Assembly: GCA_046594635.1 (NCBI GenBank)
Contig: JBKJRR010000133.1
Location: 1-56,997 of the forward strand
DNA: 56,997 bases
Direction: 5' to 3'
Source of the DNA: Burkholderiaceae bacterium
GTDB taxonomy: Bacteria > Pseudomonadota > Gammaproteobacteria > Burkholderiales > Burkholderiaceae_C
The translations under genes were made by a program, and so were the position numbers. Below the pieces are notes generated by a model. That model had not been told where the DNA came from and did not search any database. It worked only from the letters and a program-made list of their open reading frames with translations. This document shows, one piece after another, positions 20,340 through 31,430 of the stretch (position 1 is its first letter; the number at the start of each line of letters is the position of its first letter).

Positions 20340-21332
20340 CTACTTGGCGCTCTTGCGGACCATTTCCGCGTCTTTGAGGAAGGTGTCGACGTCGGCGCCG
20401 TATTTCTCGCGCGCCTTCGCATAAACCGGTTGCACCGCCTTGCGGAACGCTTCGACATCGGGTTTGGCGTTGATCTTGGCGCCCTTGGACGTCATTTCCT
20501 TGAGCTGGTTGGCGTCGTTGCCCGAGATCATCTCGCGGCTGAACTTGGCCGCAATCTGCGCGGCCTCGGTCATCGCCTTCTGGTCGGCCGGCGACAGCTT
20601 CTGCCAGGTTTTCTCGGAGATGGTCAGCGGTATCGGGCTGTAGACGTGGTTGGTCAACGTGACGTTGGGCGCCACCTCATAGAACTTGTTCGAAAAGATG
20701 GTGTCGATCGGGTTTTCCTGACCGCTTACTGCCCCTTGCTGGATCGCCAGGTAGACCTCGGGCAGCGGCATGATCTGGATGTTGAAGCCCATGGCCTCCA
20801 GCGTCCAGCGCATCATCTCGTTGGGGAAGGTGCGAAGCTTCTTGCCGGCGGCATCGGCCGGGGAATTCAGCGGCTCCTTGGTTGTCATGCTGCGAAATCC
20901 GGCCTCCCAGGTGGCCAGGAAGCGAAAACCTTTTTCCGGCGCCTTGGCAAACTGGTCTTTGAGCCACTTGCTTTCGTCGTACAGCTTCCAGCCTTGCTGG
21001 TAGTTCTCGACCAGATAAGGCAGCGCTGTGAGGTTGAGCGTCGGTACGTGCGGTGCATAGGAGCCAGTGCCCGAGACCGTGAAGTCGATCCCGCCCAGTG
21101 CCAGCTGTTCGATATTCTTGGGGTCATTGCCGAGCTGGCTGCAGCAGAAAACCTGCACCTTGTAGCGGCCCTGGGTCAGTTCCTCGACCTTTCTGGCGAA
21201 CACTGCCGCCGCAGCCTGGCGCGCGCCAGCCTGCTGATCGGTGTGGCTGAACTTCAGGACGGTCTGCGCGCTGGCCGGCAGTGCCAGTGCCATGGCCGCA
21301 GCAGCGGTGGCAGCGAGTACGAAATGTTTCAT
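20340..21332 (-). CDS. TRAP transporter substrate-binding protein (DctP)
   Basis: Signal peptide; GFR, GKKLR (carboxylate-binding Arg), EVYLAIQQGAVSGQENP, NH.Y. Confidence 0.94.
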   Translation of the reverse strand: MKHFVLAATAAAAMALALPASAQTVLKFSHTDQQAGARQAAAAVFARKVEELTQGRYKVQVFCCSQLGNDPKNIEQLALGGIDFTVSGTGSYAPHVPTLNLTALPYLVENYQQGWKLYDESKWLKDQFAKAPEKGFRFLATWEAGFRSMTTKEPLNSPADAAGKKLRTFPNEMMRWTLEAMGFNIQIMPLPEVYLAIQQGAVSGQENPIDTIFSNKFYEVAPNVTLTNHVYSPIPLTISEKTWQKLSPADQKAMTEAAQIAAKFSREMISGNDANQLKEMTSKGAKINAKPDVEAFRKAVQPVYAKAREKYGADVDTFLKDAEMVRKSAK

Positions 21333-21344
21333 GGTGTGTCTCCT

Positions 21345-22412
21345 TCAGTGGTGGAATGTGAGCGCTTCTGCTCGGTGGTGGTCAGGATCAAAATGCGCCA
21401 TCGCGACCCGGCGCCCAGTTTGGTGAGAGTGATAAATCGCCGCCTGCACATGCAGGTTGGCCAGATAGTCCTGGGCACTGTTCTCCAGCGCAGTCCCCTT
21501 TTGCAGATGGGCCAGCACGTGGGCTTGCAGCGCGGTGCAGGCGCCGCCAAATGCGCCCGGCGCTTCATGGCGATAACGGTGCTCGGACTCCGCGCCGTGG
21601 TGCGGCTTCCACCACAGGCTGGCGTCACCGTCCAGGCGCATCACGCCGCGCTCGCCCTCGAGCCACATCTCGCCCATGGTCAGGCGCGGATTGGCGGCCA
21701 CATGATCGTTAAGCCGGTTACCGTCGAACAGGCCGCTTGCGTCATCGTCGAATTCGAACAAGATGATGCCGGCGTCTTCGGCGGCAATCGCCGGATTCAG
21801 GCGGCGCAGGCGTGCAGTGACGGCGACCACATCACCCATCAGGTAGCGGAACGTGTCGATGAAATGCACCGCGGTCTCGCGCACCAGCAAGAGCGGCATG
21901 GTCTGGAAATACGGCTGCCGGTCAAGATAGGCGCGCGGGCCCTGGCCGTCGCCCGGGCGCAGCCTGAAGCTGATGCCGTGCAAGCGGCCGAAAAATCCGG
22001 TGTCGATCAGGCGTCGGCATTCGCGGAACCAGGGCGTAAAGCGGAAGTTTTCATGTACCACCAGGGGTGTGGCATGCCGGCTGGCTGCCTCGGCCATCGC
22101 CAGGGCCTGGGCCAGGTTGATGCCAAACGGTTTCTGGCAGATCGTTGGTATGCCGCGTGCCAGCGCCTCGTGCACCACGGCAGCCTGCGCAGTTGGTGGC
22201 AACACCACGTCCAGCAGGTCGGGTTGCACGGCGTCGAGCATGGCACACGCATCGCCAAACGTCGCCTCGACCTGAAAGCGATCGGCCAGGGCGCGTGCGC
22301 GCCCGGCATCGGTGTCGCACAAGGCGATCACCGGCGCGTCGGCATTGCGCCAGCCTTCGAGCTGGAATTGCGCGAAGTAGCCGGCGCCGACCATGGCAAC
22401 CCGTGTGGACAT
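21345..22412 (-). CDS. Gfo/Idh/MocA oxidoreductase (D-apiose dehydrogenase-like motifs)
   Basis: GAGYFA Rossmann motif, ICQKPF, VHENFRF, QPY, NPAIAAED. Confidence 0.88.
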   Translation of the reverse strand: MSTRVAMVGAGYFAQFQLEGWRNADAPVIALCDTDAGRARALADRFQVEATFGDACAMLDAVQPDLLDVVLPPTAQAAVVHEALARGIPTICQKPFGINLAQALAMAEAASRHATPLVVHENFRFTPWFRECRRLIDTGFFGRLHGISFRLRPGDGQGPRAYLDRQPYFQTMPLLLVRETAVHFIDTFRYLMGDVVAVTARLRRLNPAIAAEDAGIILFEFDDDASGLFDGNRLNDHVAANPRLTMGEMWLEGERGVMRLDGDASLWWKPHHGAESEHRYRHEAPGAFGGACTALQAHVLAHLQKGTALENSAQDYLANLHVQAAIYHSHQTGRRVAMAHFDPDHHRAEALTFHH

Positions 22413-23491
22413 CAGAGTCGCTCCACCACGGCGCGGACCACATCGGCGGTGACGCTGCTGCCACCGAAGTCCGGTGGACGGATGCCGGCGTCGGTAAACG
22501 CGCGCTGCAGTGCTGACTCGATGGCGCGTGCGCCATCGGCCAGCGGCGGATCATCATGGCGGACCGCCAGCCAGTCGAGCATCATGGCCACCGACAGGAT
22601 CATCGCCGACGGATTGGCGATGCCTTTGCCCGCGATGTCCGGTGCTGTGCCGTGGGCGGGCTGGAACAAGGCGTACTTGTCACCGATGTCGGCCGATGGT
22701 GCCATGCCCATGCCGCCCACCAGTGCCGCAATCAGGTCGGACAAGATGTCGCCGAACATGTTCTCGGTCACCAGCACGTCGTATTCCCACGGTTTCATCA
22801 CCAGGTTCAACGCCATCGCGTCGACGTAGGCGTGATCGAACGCGATGTCCGGGAACGCCTTGGCGCGCTCCAGAAAAATCTCACGCCAGTACGCCATGGA
22901 CGTGAATACATTGGCCTTGTCGACATTGGTCACATGGCCGCGTTTGCCCAATGCCTTGCGCTGGCGTGCCAGTTGCAGTGCGAAATCGCAGACCCGGGCT
23001 GTGCCGGCGCGGCTGATCTTCATGGTGTCAAAGGCGGCGTCGTTCTCGACGATGCCGCGGCCGCGGGCATAAAACAGGCCCTCGGTGCTTTCACGGATCA
23101 GCACCAGGTCGATTTCGCTGGCACGTGCATGCGACAACGGTGTCGGCAGACCGGGCCAACTTCGGATGGGCCGTACCCCGGCATACAGGTCGAGCGCAAA
23201 GCGGATGTCGAGCTGGGGGATTTTCTCGGTGCCGTCCGTGTTGCGCACATGGGGCAGTCCCATGGCGCCGAACAGGATGGCGTCGGCCGCGCGGCAGGCA
23301 TCCAGCGTGGCATCGGGCAGCGACTCGCCGCTGTCCAGGTAGTGTTGTGCGCCGGCCGGGTAGTTGCGTGTCGCAAAGCCACGGCCCATACGCTTGCCGC
23401 AGGCCTGCAGCACCTCGAGCGAGGCAGTCATCACTTCGCGGCCGATGCCGTCGCCGGGCAGGACGGCGATCGAATAGTGTTCTTTTGTCAT
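22412..23491 (-). CDS. Beta-decarboxylating dehydrogenase (isopropylmalate/tartrate dehydrogenase family)
   Basis: PGDGIGREV, IRESTEG, VDKANV, ENMFGDILSD, HGTAPDIAGKGIANP. Confidence 0.92.
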   Translation of the reverse strand: MTKEHYSIAVLPGDGIGREVMTASLEVLQACGKRMGRGFATRNYPAGAQHYLDSGESLPDATLDACRAADAILFGAMGLPHVRNTDGTEKIPQLDIRFALDLYAGVRPIRSWPGLPTPLSHARASEIDLVLIRESTEGLFYARGRGIVENDAAFDTMKISRAGTARVCDFALQLARQRKALGKRGHVTNVDKANVFTSMAYWREIFLERAKAFPDIAFDHAYVDAMALNLVMKPWEYDVLVTENMFGDILSDLIAALVGGMGMAPSADIGDKYALFQPAHGTAPDIAGKGIANPSAMILSVAMMLDWLAVRHDDPPLADGARAIESALQRAFTDAGIRPPDFGGSSVTADVVRAVVERL

Positions 23492-23500
23492 GTCGCTGGC

Positions 23501-24181
23501 TTACATCTGGGCGAGCTTGTAGCGCTCGAAAATGGCAAGAAGTTCGACGTTGGCGCGTACGCGGTGGGCGCGGTTCACAGCGGCTGCACCTTCTGGGTCG
23601 CCGGCGCGCAGCCGTTCAACCAGTTGCATGTGCTCGCGAGTGGAATTCACCGGGGCCGGGCGCAGGCGCAGGCTGAACATGCGTGCGCGGTGGGCGCGGT
23701 CCCAGTAGTTGAAGACGGTGTTCTGTAACTGGCGGTTGCCGGCCAGCTCCAGCAACTGCGCATGAAAGCTTTCGTCAGCCTGGGCCCAGGCATCAAGGTC
23801 GCCGGCCTTGAGCGCGGCGTCCATCGCGTCGGTGGCAGCGATCAGCGGTTGCAACTCATCGTCGCCGGGCTTGCGTCGGGCCAGCAGTTCGGCTGCCATG
23901 CATTCGAGCGCGGTGAGGATTTCATAGATCTCGCGCATGTCAGTGGGCGAGACTGGCAATACCCGCACACCGTGGCGCGGAATCACCTCGACCAGGCCTT
24001 CGTTCTGCAACTGCAGCAAGGCCTCGCGTACAGGCGTTCGGCTCATGCCGAGTTCGAGTGCGACCTCCTGCTCCAGCGCGCGATGGCCGGGTGGCCAGAC
24101 GTTGTCCAGGATGCGCCGGCGCATCTGCTCGTAGGCGGCGTCAACAAGGGAGGAACCGGGTACCGATGCTTGTGCATTCAT
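23501..24181 (-). CDS. GntR family (FCD domain) transcriptional regulator
   Basis: LEQEVALELGMSRTPVREAL HTH; DESFH...AGN...EH of FCD; ATGA overlap with upstream gene. Confidence 0.93.
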   Translation of the reverse strand: MNAQASVPGSSLVDAAYEQMRRRILDNVWPPGHRALEQEVALELGMSRTPVREALLQLQNEGLVEVIPRHGVRVLPVSPTDMREIYEILTALECMAAELLARRKPGDDELQPLIAATDAMDAALKAGDLDAWAQADESFHAQLLELAGNRQLQNTVFNYWDRAHRARMFSLRLRPAPVNSTREHMQLVERLRAGDPEGAAAVNRAHRVRANVELLAIFERYKLAQM

Positions 24182-25179
24182 GTTGTGTAGTTCCAGTGAA
24201 CAGGGGGGACGCCGGCCACCGGCAGGCGCAGACTTTGCAGGCTGCCGCCCAGCAGGCAACCGAGCAAGGCGGTGCGGCGGTCGTCGCCGCAAAACGCGAT
24301 GCTCGAAATATTGCGCAGGCGGCGGCTGCGAATGCCGTCCAGATGCGACCGATCCATTTCGCCAGCCTCGTAGGCAGCTTCGACCCAGGCCAGATGGGTG
24401 GCGTCGGCATCCTCCAGCCACAAGGTCTGCGTGCCGTTTGGTGCGACCCGTATCAGCCGGTTGCTGACGATGCTCACGACCCAGACATGGCCGTCCTCGT
24501 CGAAGGCCAGACCGTCGGGAAAAGCCCCGGGGCCGAATTCGGCAACGGTTTCGCGCTGGCCAAGACCTCCGTCCGCGCAAAGCGGAAAACGGGTCAGGCG
24601 GCGTGCGAAGGTTTCGTTGACATAGAGCCAGTTCCCATCCGGGTGGATCGCTACCTCATTGGTGTAGCCCAGTGCGTCAGCGGCGATGTGTGCCCGACCG
24701 TCGGGTGTCACACAGACGATGAAGCCGTCATCGCAGCTGCGCCGGTAGCCCAGCGCACGGGGTGTCTTGCGCGTACTCACGGTGATCCAGCTGCGGCCCT
24801 GTGTGTCCTGCACGACGAAGTTGGTGGGCGGCAGTGCGTGGCCATCGACTTGCGTCAGCCAAGGGTTGATGACACCTTCGCGCGTCAGGCGGTACACGCC
24901 GCCGCTGTCCGCACCCAGATGGGTGAACAGAAAACTGCCGTCGGGCAGCAGGGCGATCCCGTTGGGTTTGGGGTCGCTGCCGTCGGGCATGCGTCCGGCG
25001 TACAGGGTCTGGCGGCCATCTGTGTGCAGATGGGCTACACCACCGCGCCAGTCTGCGGTGTAGATATCGCCTGAGCGCGTCGCCAGCACACACTCGGGGC
25101 GGACGAGGCCACTGCCGACGGCTATCAGCCGGTCCAGCGTGGCTTGCGGACGGTCGAATAGGGTGTTTGGTGCATTCAT
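24178..25179 (-). CDS. SMP-30/gluconolactonase family beta-propeller
   Basis: RPECV, PNGIA, PTNFV, YTNEVA, FPDGLAFD. Confidence 0.88.
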   Translation of the reverse strand: MNAPNTLFDRPQATLDRLIAVGSGLVRPECVLATRSGDIYTADWRGGVAHLHTDGRQTLYAGRMPDGSDPKPNGIALLPDGSFLFTHLGADSGGVYRLTREGVINPWLTQVDGHALPPTNFVVQDTQGRSWITVSTRKTPRALGYRRSCDDGFIVCVTPDGRAHIAADALGYTNEVAIHPDGNWLYVNETFARRLTRFPLCADGGLGQRETVAEFGPGAFPDGLAFDEDGHVWVVSIVSNRLIRVAPNGTQTLWLEDADATHLAWVEAAYEAGEMDRSHLDGIRSRRLRNISSIAFCGDDRRTALLGCLLGGSLQSLRLPVAGVPPVHWNYTT

Positions 25180-25190
25180 TGGCCCATACT

Positions 25191-25218
25191 TTAACGTATA
25201 CATTAACCTATGCGTTAA
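25191..25218. promoter_or_regulatory. Candidate GntR operator: two overlapping imperfect palindromes
   Basis: TTAACGTATACATTAA and TTAACCTATGCGTTAA in an AT-rich divergent intergenic region upstream of the TRAP operon. Confidence 0.55.
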
Positions 25219-25299
25219 GGGTATTCCCGAGCCTGAAGGCCTAAGACCGTGTAGAACAGGCGGCAGGCAGCCGCCCGCATGGGCTAAAGTCAAGCCAAC

Positions 25300-27325
<2,026 letters not shown>

Positions 27326-27357
27326 TGCCGCATTGTTTAGCCTGAGCGGATTTCTTC

Positions 27358-28305
27358 ATGAGCCATATCTATATCTATTCTCCATCGAGCGCCCAACGTG
27401 ACAAGGCGGCGTTTCGCCGGGGCATTGAGCGGCTCACGGCGCTTGGCCACGAGGTCGAGATTGATGCCGATGCACTCGCCACGCATACACGTTTTGCCGG
27501 CGACGACGCGACTAGGCTTGCGGCCATCCATCGCGCCGCCGCCAGCGGCGCCGACCTGGCCATGCTCAGCCGAGGCGGTTACGGCCTGACCCGCATCCTG
27601 CCCGCGATCCGTTATGCAGCGCTGGCAAAGGCCGTGGCGCGCGGCACGCGGTTCATCGGTTTCAGTGACTTCACCGCCTTGCAATGCGCGCTGTACGCCA
27701 AGACAGGGGCTGTCAGCTGGATGGGGCCGGTGGTCAACGACGACTTCGGCCGTCCCGAGGTGGTGGACGAGATCATGCAGGCCTGCCTGGAAGATCTCCT
27801 GTGCGAACAAGGCGAGGGCGCCGGCTGGCAATTGCCCAAGCCGCCTGCCCCCAAGGCCGCCGCGACTGCGACTGCGGCGCAGCACACGATCCGACCGATT
27901 CGTGGCGCGGTGTTGTGGGGTGGCAATCTGGCGGTGCTCTGTTCGCTGGTCGGCACGCCTTATTTGCCGCAGGTCAAGGGCGGCGTGCTGGTGCTTGAAG
28001 ACATTGCAGAGCATCCGTATCGCGTTGAGCGTTTGTTGACCCAGCTGCTGCTGGCCGGTGTGCTGGCGCAGCAAAAGGCGATCGTGCTGGGCCAGTTCAC
28101 GCAATACCAGCTCGCACCGAACGACAAGGGCTACAAACTGCAGACAGCGATCGACTGGTTGCGCAGCATGATCAAGCTGCCGGTGCTGACCAACCTGCCG
28201 ATGGGCCATGTGGCCACCAAGGTGGTACTGCCATTTGGTCTGCCGGTTGACCTGATGGTCGACGGTCGGGACGCGCTGATCTACTGGGGCGGCCATCAGC
28301 ACTGA
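27358..28305 (+). CDS. ldcA: LD-carboxypeptidase (S66)
   Basis: FAGDD..R, SRGGYG, GFSDFT (Ser nucleophile), GGNL, LEDIAE.PYR.ER, MGH. Confidence 0.92.
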   Translation: MSHIYIYSPSSAQRDKAAFRRGIERLTALGHEVEIDADALATHTRFAGDDATRLAAIHRAAASGADLAMLSRGGYGLTRILPAIRYAALAKAVARGTRFIGFSDFTALQCALYAKTGAVSWMGPVVNDDFGRPEVVDEIMQACLEDLLCEQGEGAGWQLPKPPAPKAAATATAAQHTIRPIRGAVLWGGNLAVLCSLVGTPYLPQVKGGVLVLEDIAEHPYRVERLLTQLLLAGVLAQQKAIVLGQFTQYQLAPNDKGYKLQTAIDWLRSMIKLPVLTNLPMGHVATKVVLPFGLPVDLMVDGRDALIYWGGHQH

Positions 28306-28454
28306 TACAAACGGGCCCGGGTGAGCGCAGCCGAGGCGGGGTCCAGTGCCACTGCCGCATCGACCCACGGCCTTGCTGCTGGCCATGGAGATCGAAGCGA
28401 CTGTGCGGGTGCGCTGCAAGGGCAGCGCAGCCTGACGGAGGCTGCCTGATCGAT

Positions 28455-29423
28455 TTATTGCGGCTCGATCTTCGCGTCGTGGATGGCCTTGGCCCACTTG
28501 GCGGTTTCCAGCTTGCCGCGCTGTGCCAGTGCCTCGGGCGTGCTGGGCTCGACGGCGAAACCGTTGGCCGAGAACTTCTCCTGGATGTCCTTGCTGCTGG
28601 CCGCGGCGTTGAAGGCCGCGTTGAGCTTGGCGATGATCTCGGGTGGCGTGCCGGCCGGCACGTAGGCTGCAAAATAGGCGATCAGTTCGTAGTCTTTCAG
28701 GCCCAGCGCTTCATTGACGGTGGGCAGGTCCGGCACCACCGACGAGCGTTTGGTGGAGGTGACGGCCAGGCCGCGCACCTTGCCACCCTTGACCTGGGGC
28801 ACCATCACGCCAAAATCAGCACTGAACATCATGACCTGGCCACCGATCAGGTCGGTCATCGCAGCCGGGCCGCTTTTGTAGGGCACATTGGTCATCTCGA
28901 TACCGGCCATGCTGGCGAGTACCGCGGATGACACCAGCTGCGAGGTGCTGGCGCTGGCAAAGGTCACGTTGCCGGGTTTGGACTTGGCCAGGTCGACAAA
29001 CTCCTTGAGGGTCTTGGCTGGCACGTCGTTGTTGACGGCGATGATCAGCGGCACCGAGCCCATGTAGGCCACGGGTGCGAAAGCCGTGTCCTGGTCGTAG
29101 GGCAACTTCTTCATCAGGCTCTTGAGCGCCGCGTTGGTGCTGTTGGTGCCAATCAGGATGGTATAGCCGTCCGGTGCGGATTTGGCCGCTGCATCGGCGC
29201 CAAGCATGCCGTTGACGCCGGGCTTGTTCTCGATGACGACCGGCTGGCCCAGCGTTTCAGAGACCTTGGCGGCGAAGGCGCGGCCGATCTGGTCGGTGGC
29301 ACTGCCGGCAGCAAACGGCACAATCGCCTTGATCGGTTTGTTGGGATAGGCCTGGGCCATGGCGACGGTGCCGGCGGATGCCAGGGCGGCGAAAAGCGTG
29401 ATGAAACGTGCAACAGGATGCAT
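28455..29423 (-). CDS. Bug/TctC family tripartite tricarboxylate transporter substrate-binding protein
   Basis: YPNKPIKAIVPFAAGSATD, GQPVVIENKPG, PDGYT, VPYKS. Confidence 0.93.
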   Translation of the reverse strand: MHPVARFITLFAALASAGTVAMAQAYPNKPIKAIVPFAAGSATDQIGRAFAAKVSETLGQPVVIENKPGVNGMLGADAAAKSAPDGYTILIGTNSTNAALKSLMKKLPYDQDTAFAPVAYMGSVPLIIAVNNDVPAKTLKEFVDLAKSKPGNVTFASASTSQLVSSAVLASMAGIEMTNVPYKSGPAAMTDLIGGQVMMFSADFGVMVPQVKGGKVRGLAVTSTKRSSVVPDLPTVNEALGLKDYELIAYFAAYVPAGTPPEIIAKLNAAFNAAASSKDIQEKFSANGFAVEPSTPEALAQRGKLETAKWAKAIHDAKIEPQ

Positions 29424-29468
29424 GTCAGTGTCTCCAGTAATGGTGGGCTCAAAGCGAGTCGCGCGAGT

Positions 29469-29783
29469 TTAGGGCAGTTCGGGCGCGACCTCGATGTCCA
29501 GGACCGCTGCGCCAAGGGTTTTCCCGTGCGCGTCGAGCGCCAGCGAACGGGTCACGCCACCACCCAGCGCCTCGTGCATGACAAATTGCAGGGCGCCCAG
29601 GTGTGGCAGCGGGTAACGCACAACGGCGCCAAACACCACACCCTGGTAGAAGGCCTTGACACGTTCGGCGCTCAGCGTGTGCTCGAGCAACGGGTAATGC
29701 GCTGGGTCATGCGCGATCACGCTTAAGGTGGCGCGATTGCCCTTGTCGCCCGAGCGGGCCATGGCGATGTCCCGGATTTTCAT
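29469..29783 (-). CDS. Small AtuA-related (ferredoxin-like fold) protein
   Basis: IAMARSGDKGN, V.RY.LP, ALGGGVTRSLALDAHGK. Confidence 0.88.
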   Translation of the reverse strand: MKIRDIAMARSGDKGNRATLSVIAHDPAHYPLLEHTLSAERVKAFYQGVVFGAVVRYPLPHLGALQFVMHEALGGGVTRSLALDAHGKTLGAAVLDIEVAPELP

Positions 29784-29868
29784 GGCATTGCCGCCTGGCC
29801 GTTGCGATGGCACTGAAAGGCTCCAGCCGGGGCAGCGAACGCAGTGAGCGTCGGGGCGTTCATGTCAT
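29780..29868 (-). repeat. Short intergenic element bounded by ATGA motifs, encoding chained mini-ORFs between atuA-like genes
   Basis: Minus strand: atuA TGA/ATG-ACA-TGA/ATG(29863) MNAPTLTAFAAPAGAFQCHRNGQAAMP-TGA overlapping the next ATG (29783). Confidence 0.6.
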
Positions 29869-31214
29869 AGCTCCAGGATTTGGCAAGTGGGACGGATCAC
29901 GTTGCGCGGAATCAATGCCGACGCGGCTGCGACCACTTCGCGCACCGACTGCGTTACACCGCCGCCGCCTGCCGGGCCGTTCAGGTACAGGGCTTCGACT
30001 TCCTGTGCGCCGCACTCGGCCTGGGCGCGCGTGGAACAGCGCAGGGCCAGCCGCACGCGCACCTCATACGGCTCGCGGTCCACGCCCAGCGCCGGCCCAT
30101 GCATGGCATTGACACCGATCAGCTCCAGCCGGTGTTCCAGGCTGGACCAGCCCAGGCGTTCCAACCGCGCGCGCAACACGGCCAGCGCGAGTTCTCCACG
30201 CGCCCGTGCGCCGGGTCCGGCATAGGAGATCTGGCCTTCGCCTATGAAGCCGTCGCGGTAACCCAGCGTGGCCTTGAGCGTGTCCGGCCGCGGCTGGCCA
30301 CTGGCGCCACGCACCCGCACCCGGTTGGCACTCACCTGTTCGAATCCGACCTGCGAAAAATCGGCCACGACATCGGGCTGAAGATATCGGGCCGGGTCCT
30401 CGAGTTCGTATAGCAGCTGGGCGGTACAGCTCAGGCGATCGACGCGCCCGCCGGTGCCGGCCAGTTTGGTGATCACGGCGGTGCCGTCGGCATCGACTTC
30501 GGCCAACGGAAACCCGACCGACGCCAGATCCGGCACATCGACGAAACCCGGGTCGGCGAGATACCCGCCACTGACCTGTGCCGCACACTCCAGCAGATGC
30601 CCGACGACGATGCCCTGGCCCAGCCGTGGCCAGTCGTCGGCCGCCCAGCCGAAGTGGTGCATCAGCGGCGCCAGAAACAAGGCCGGATCGGCGATGCGCC
30701 CGGCAATCACGACATCTGCACCATGTTGCAGTGCCGGCAGCAATACGTCGGCGCCCAGGTAGGCATTGGCCGAAATCAACTGTTGCGCCAGATCGCCTGC
30801 GGTTTGGTCCGAATCCATCAAAGGTGTGTGCGGATTTGCACGCAGCCAGTCGAGTACATCGTCGCCCTCGACCACGGCCACACGCAGTTTCGGCAGCGCG
30901 AGTTCGCGTGCCACATCAAGCGCTGCTTGCCCGGCTGCCATCGGATTGGCCGCGCCCATGTTGGTGATCACGGTGATCTGTTGCGACAGGCACGCCGGCA
31001 AAACTGCACGCATACGTTCGCGCAGCAGCGGGTCGTAACCCTGCGAGGGATCGGCGGCGCGGCGCAACTGCGCCAGCGCGATGGTGCGTTCTGCCAGGCA
31101 TTCGAATACCAGGGCGTCGAGTTTTCCGCGTTCGGCCAGGTCCTGGGCCGGGTCAATGCGGTCGCCGGAGTAGCCGGCGCCGGAGCCTATGCGAAAGGTG
31201 GGGGCTGGTGGCAT
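29865..31214 (-). CDS. Acyclic terpene utilisation AtuA family (DUF1446) protein
   Basis: RIGSGAGYSGDR, FECLAERT, ANAYLG, GRIAD, GHLLEC, QLLYE, NGPAGGGG. Confidence 0.92.
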   Translation of the reverse strand: MPPAPTFRIGSGAGYSGDRIDPAQDLAERGKLDALVFECLAERTIALAQLRRAADPSQGYDPLLRERMRAVLPACLSQQITVITNMGAANPMAAGQAALDVARELALPKLRVAVVEGDDVLDWLRANPHTPLMDSDQTAGDLAQQLISANAYLGADVLLPALQHGADVVIAGRIADPALFLAPLMHHFGWAADDWPRLGQGIVVGHLLECAAQVSGGYLADPGFVDVPDLASVGFPLAEVDADGTAVITKLAGTGGRVDRLSCTAQLLYELEDPARYLQPDVVADFSQVGFEQVSANRVRVRGASGQPRPDTLKATLGYRDGFIGEGQISYAGPGARARGELALAVLRARLERLGWSSLEHRLELIGVNAMHGPALGVDREPYEVRVRLALRCSTRAQAECGAQEVEALYLNGPAGGGGVTQSVREVVAAASALIPRNVIRPTCQILEL

Positions 31215-31430
31215 GGGTGTGGGGCGTTGTAAAGCGGTGGCAGGTGCCGCCGCCTTGTCTGGCAACCACATCGGGCCAGGCGTGCGACGACGGCGCATTG
31301 TCGTACGCCCTGACCGTGCGCGGTGGCAATGCGTGGTGGTTTGACGGCCACCTCATTGGTGCGCTGGCCATACGGCAACTGGATAACCCCCAGATAGGAA
31401 CCAGAGTCGCCACCGTCGTACCATCGAGCC

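Noticed and set aside
20088-22829. 913-aa plus-strand ORF (and similar long ORFs at 9879, 11962, 22556, 39071, 40385, 48259, 53989)
   Set aside because: Antisense shadows of well-supported genes; expected in GC-rich DNA with biased codon usage; no recognisable motifs.
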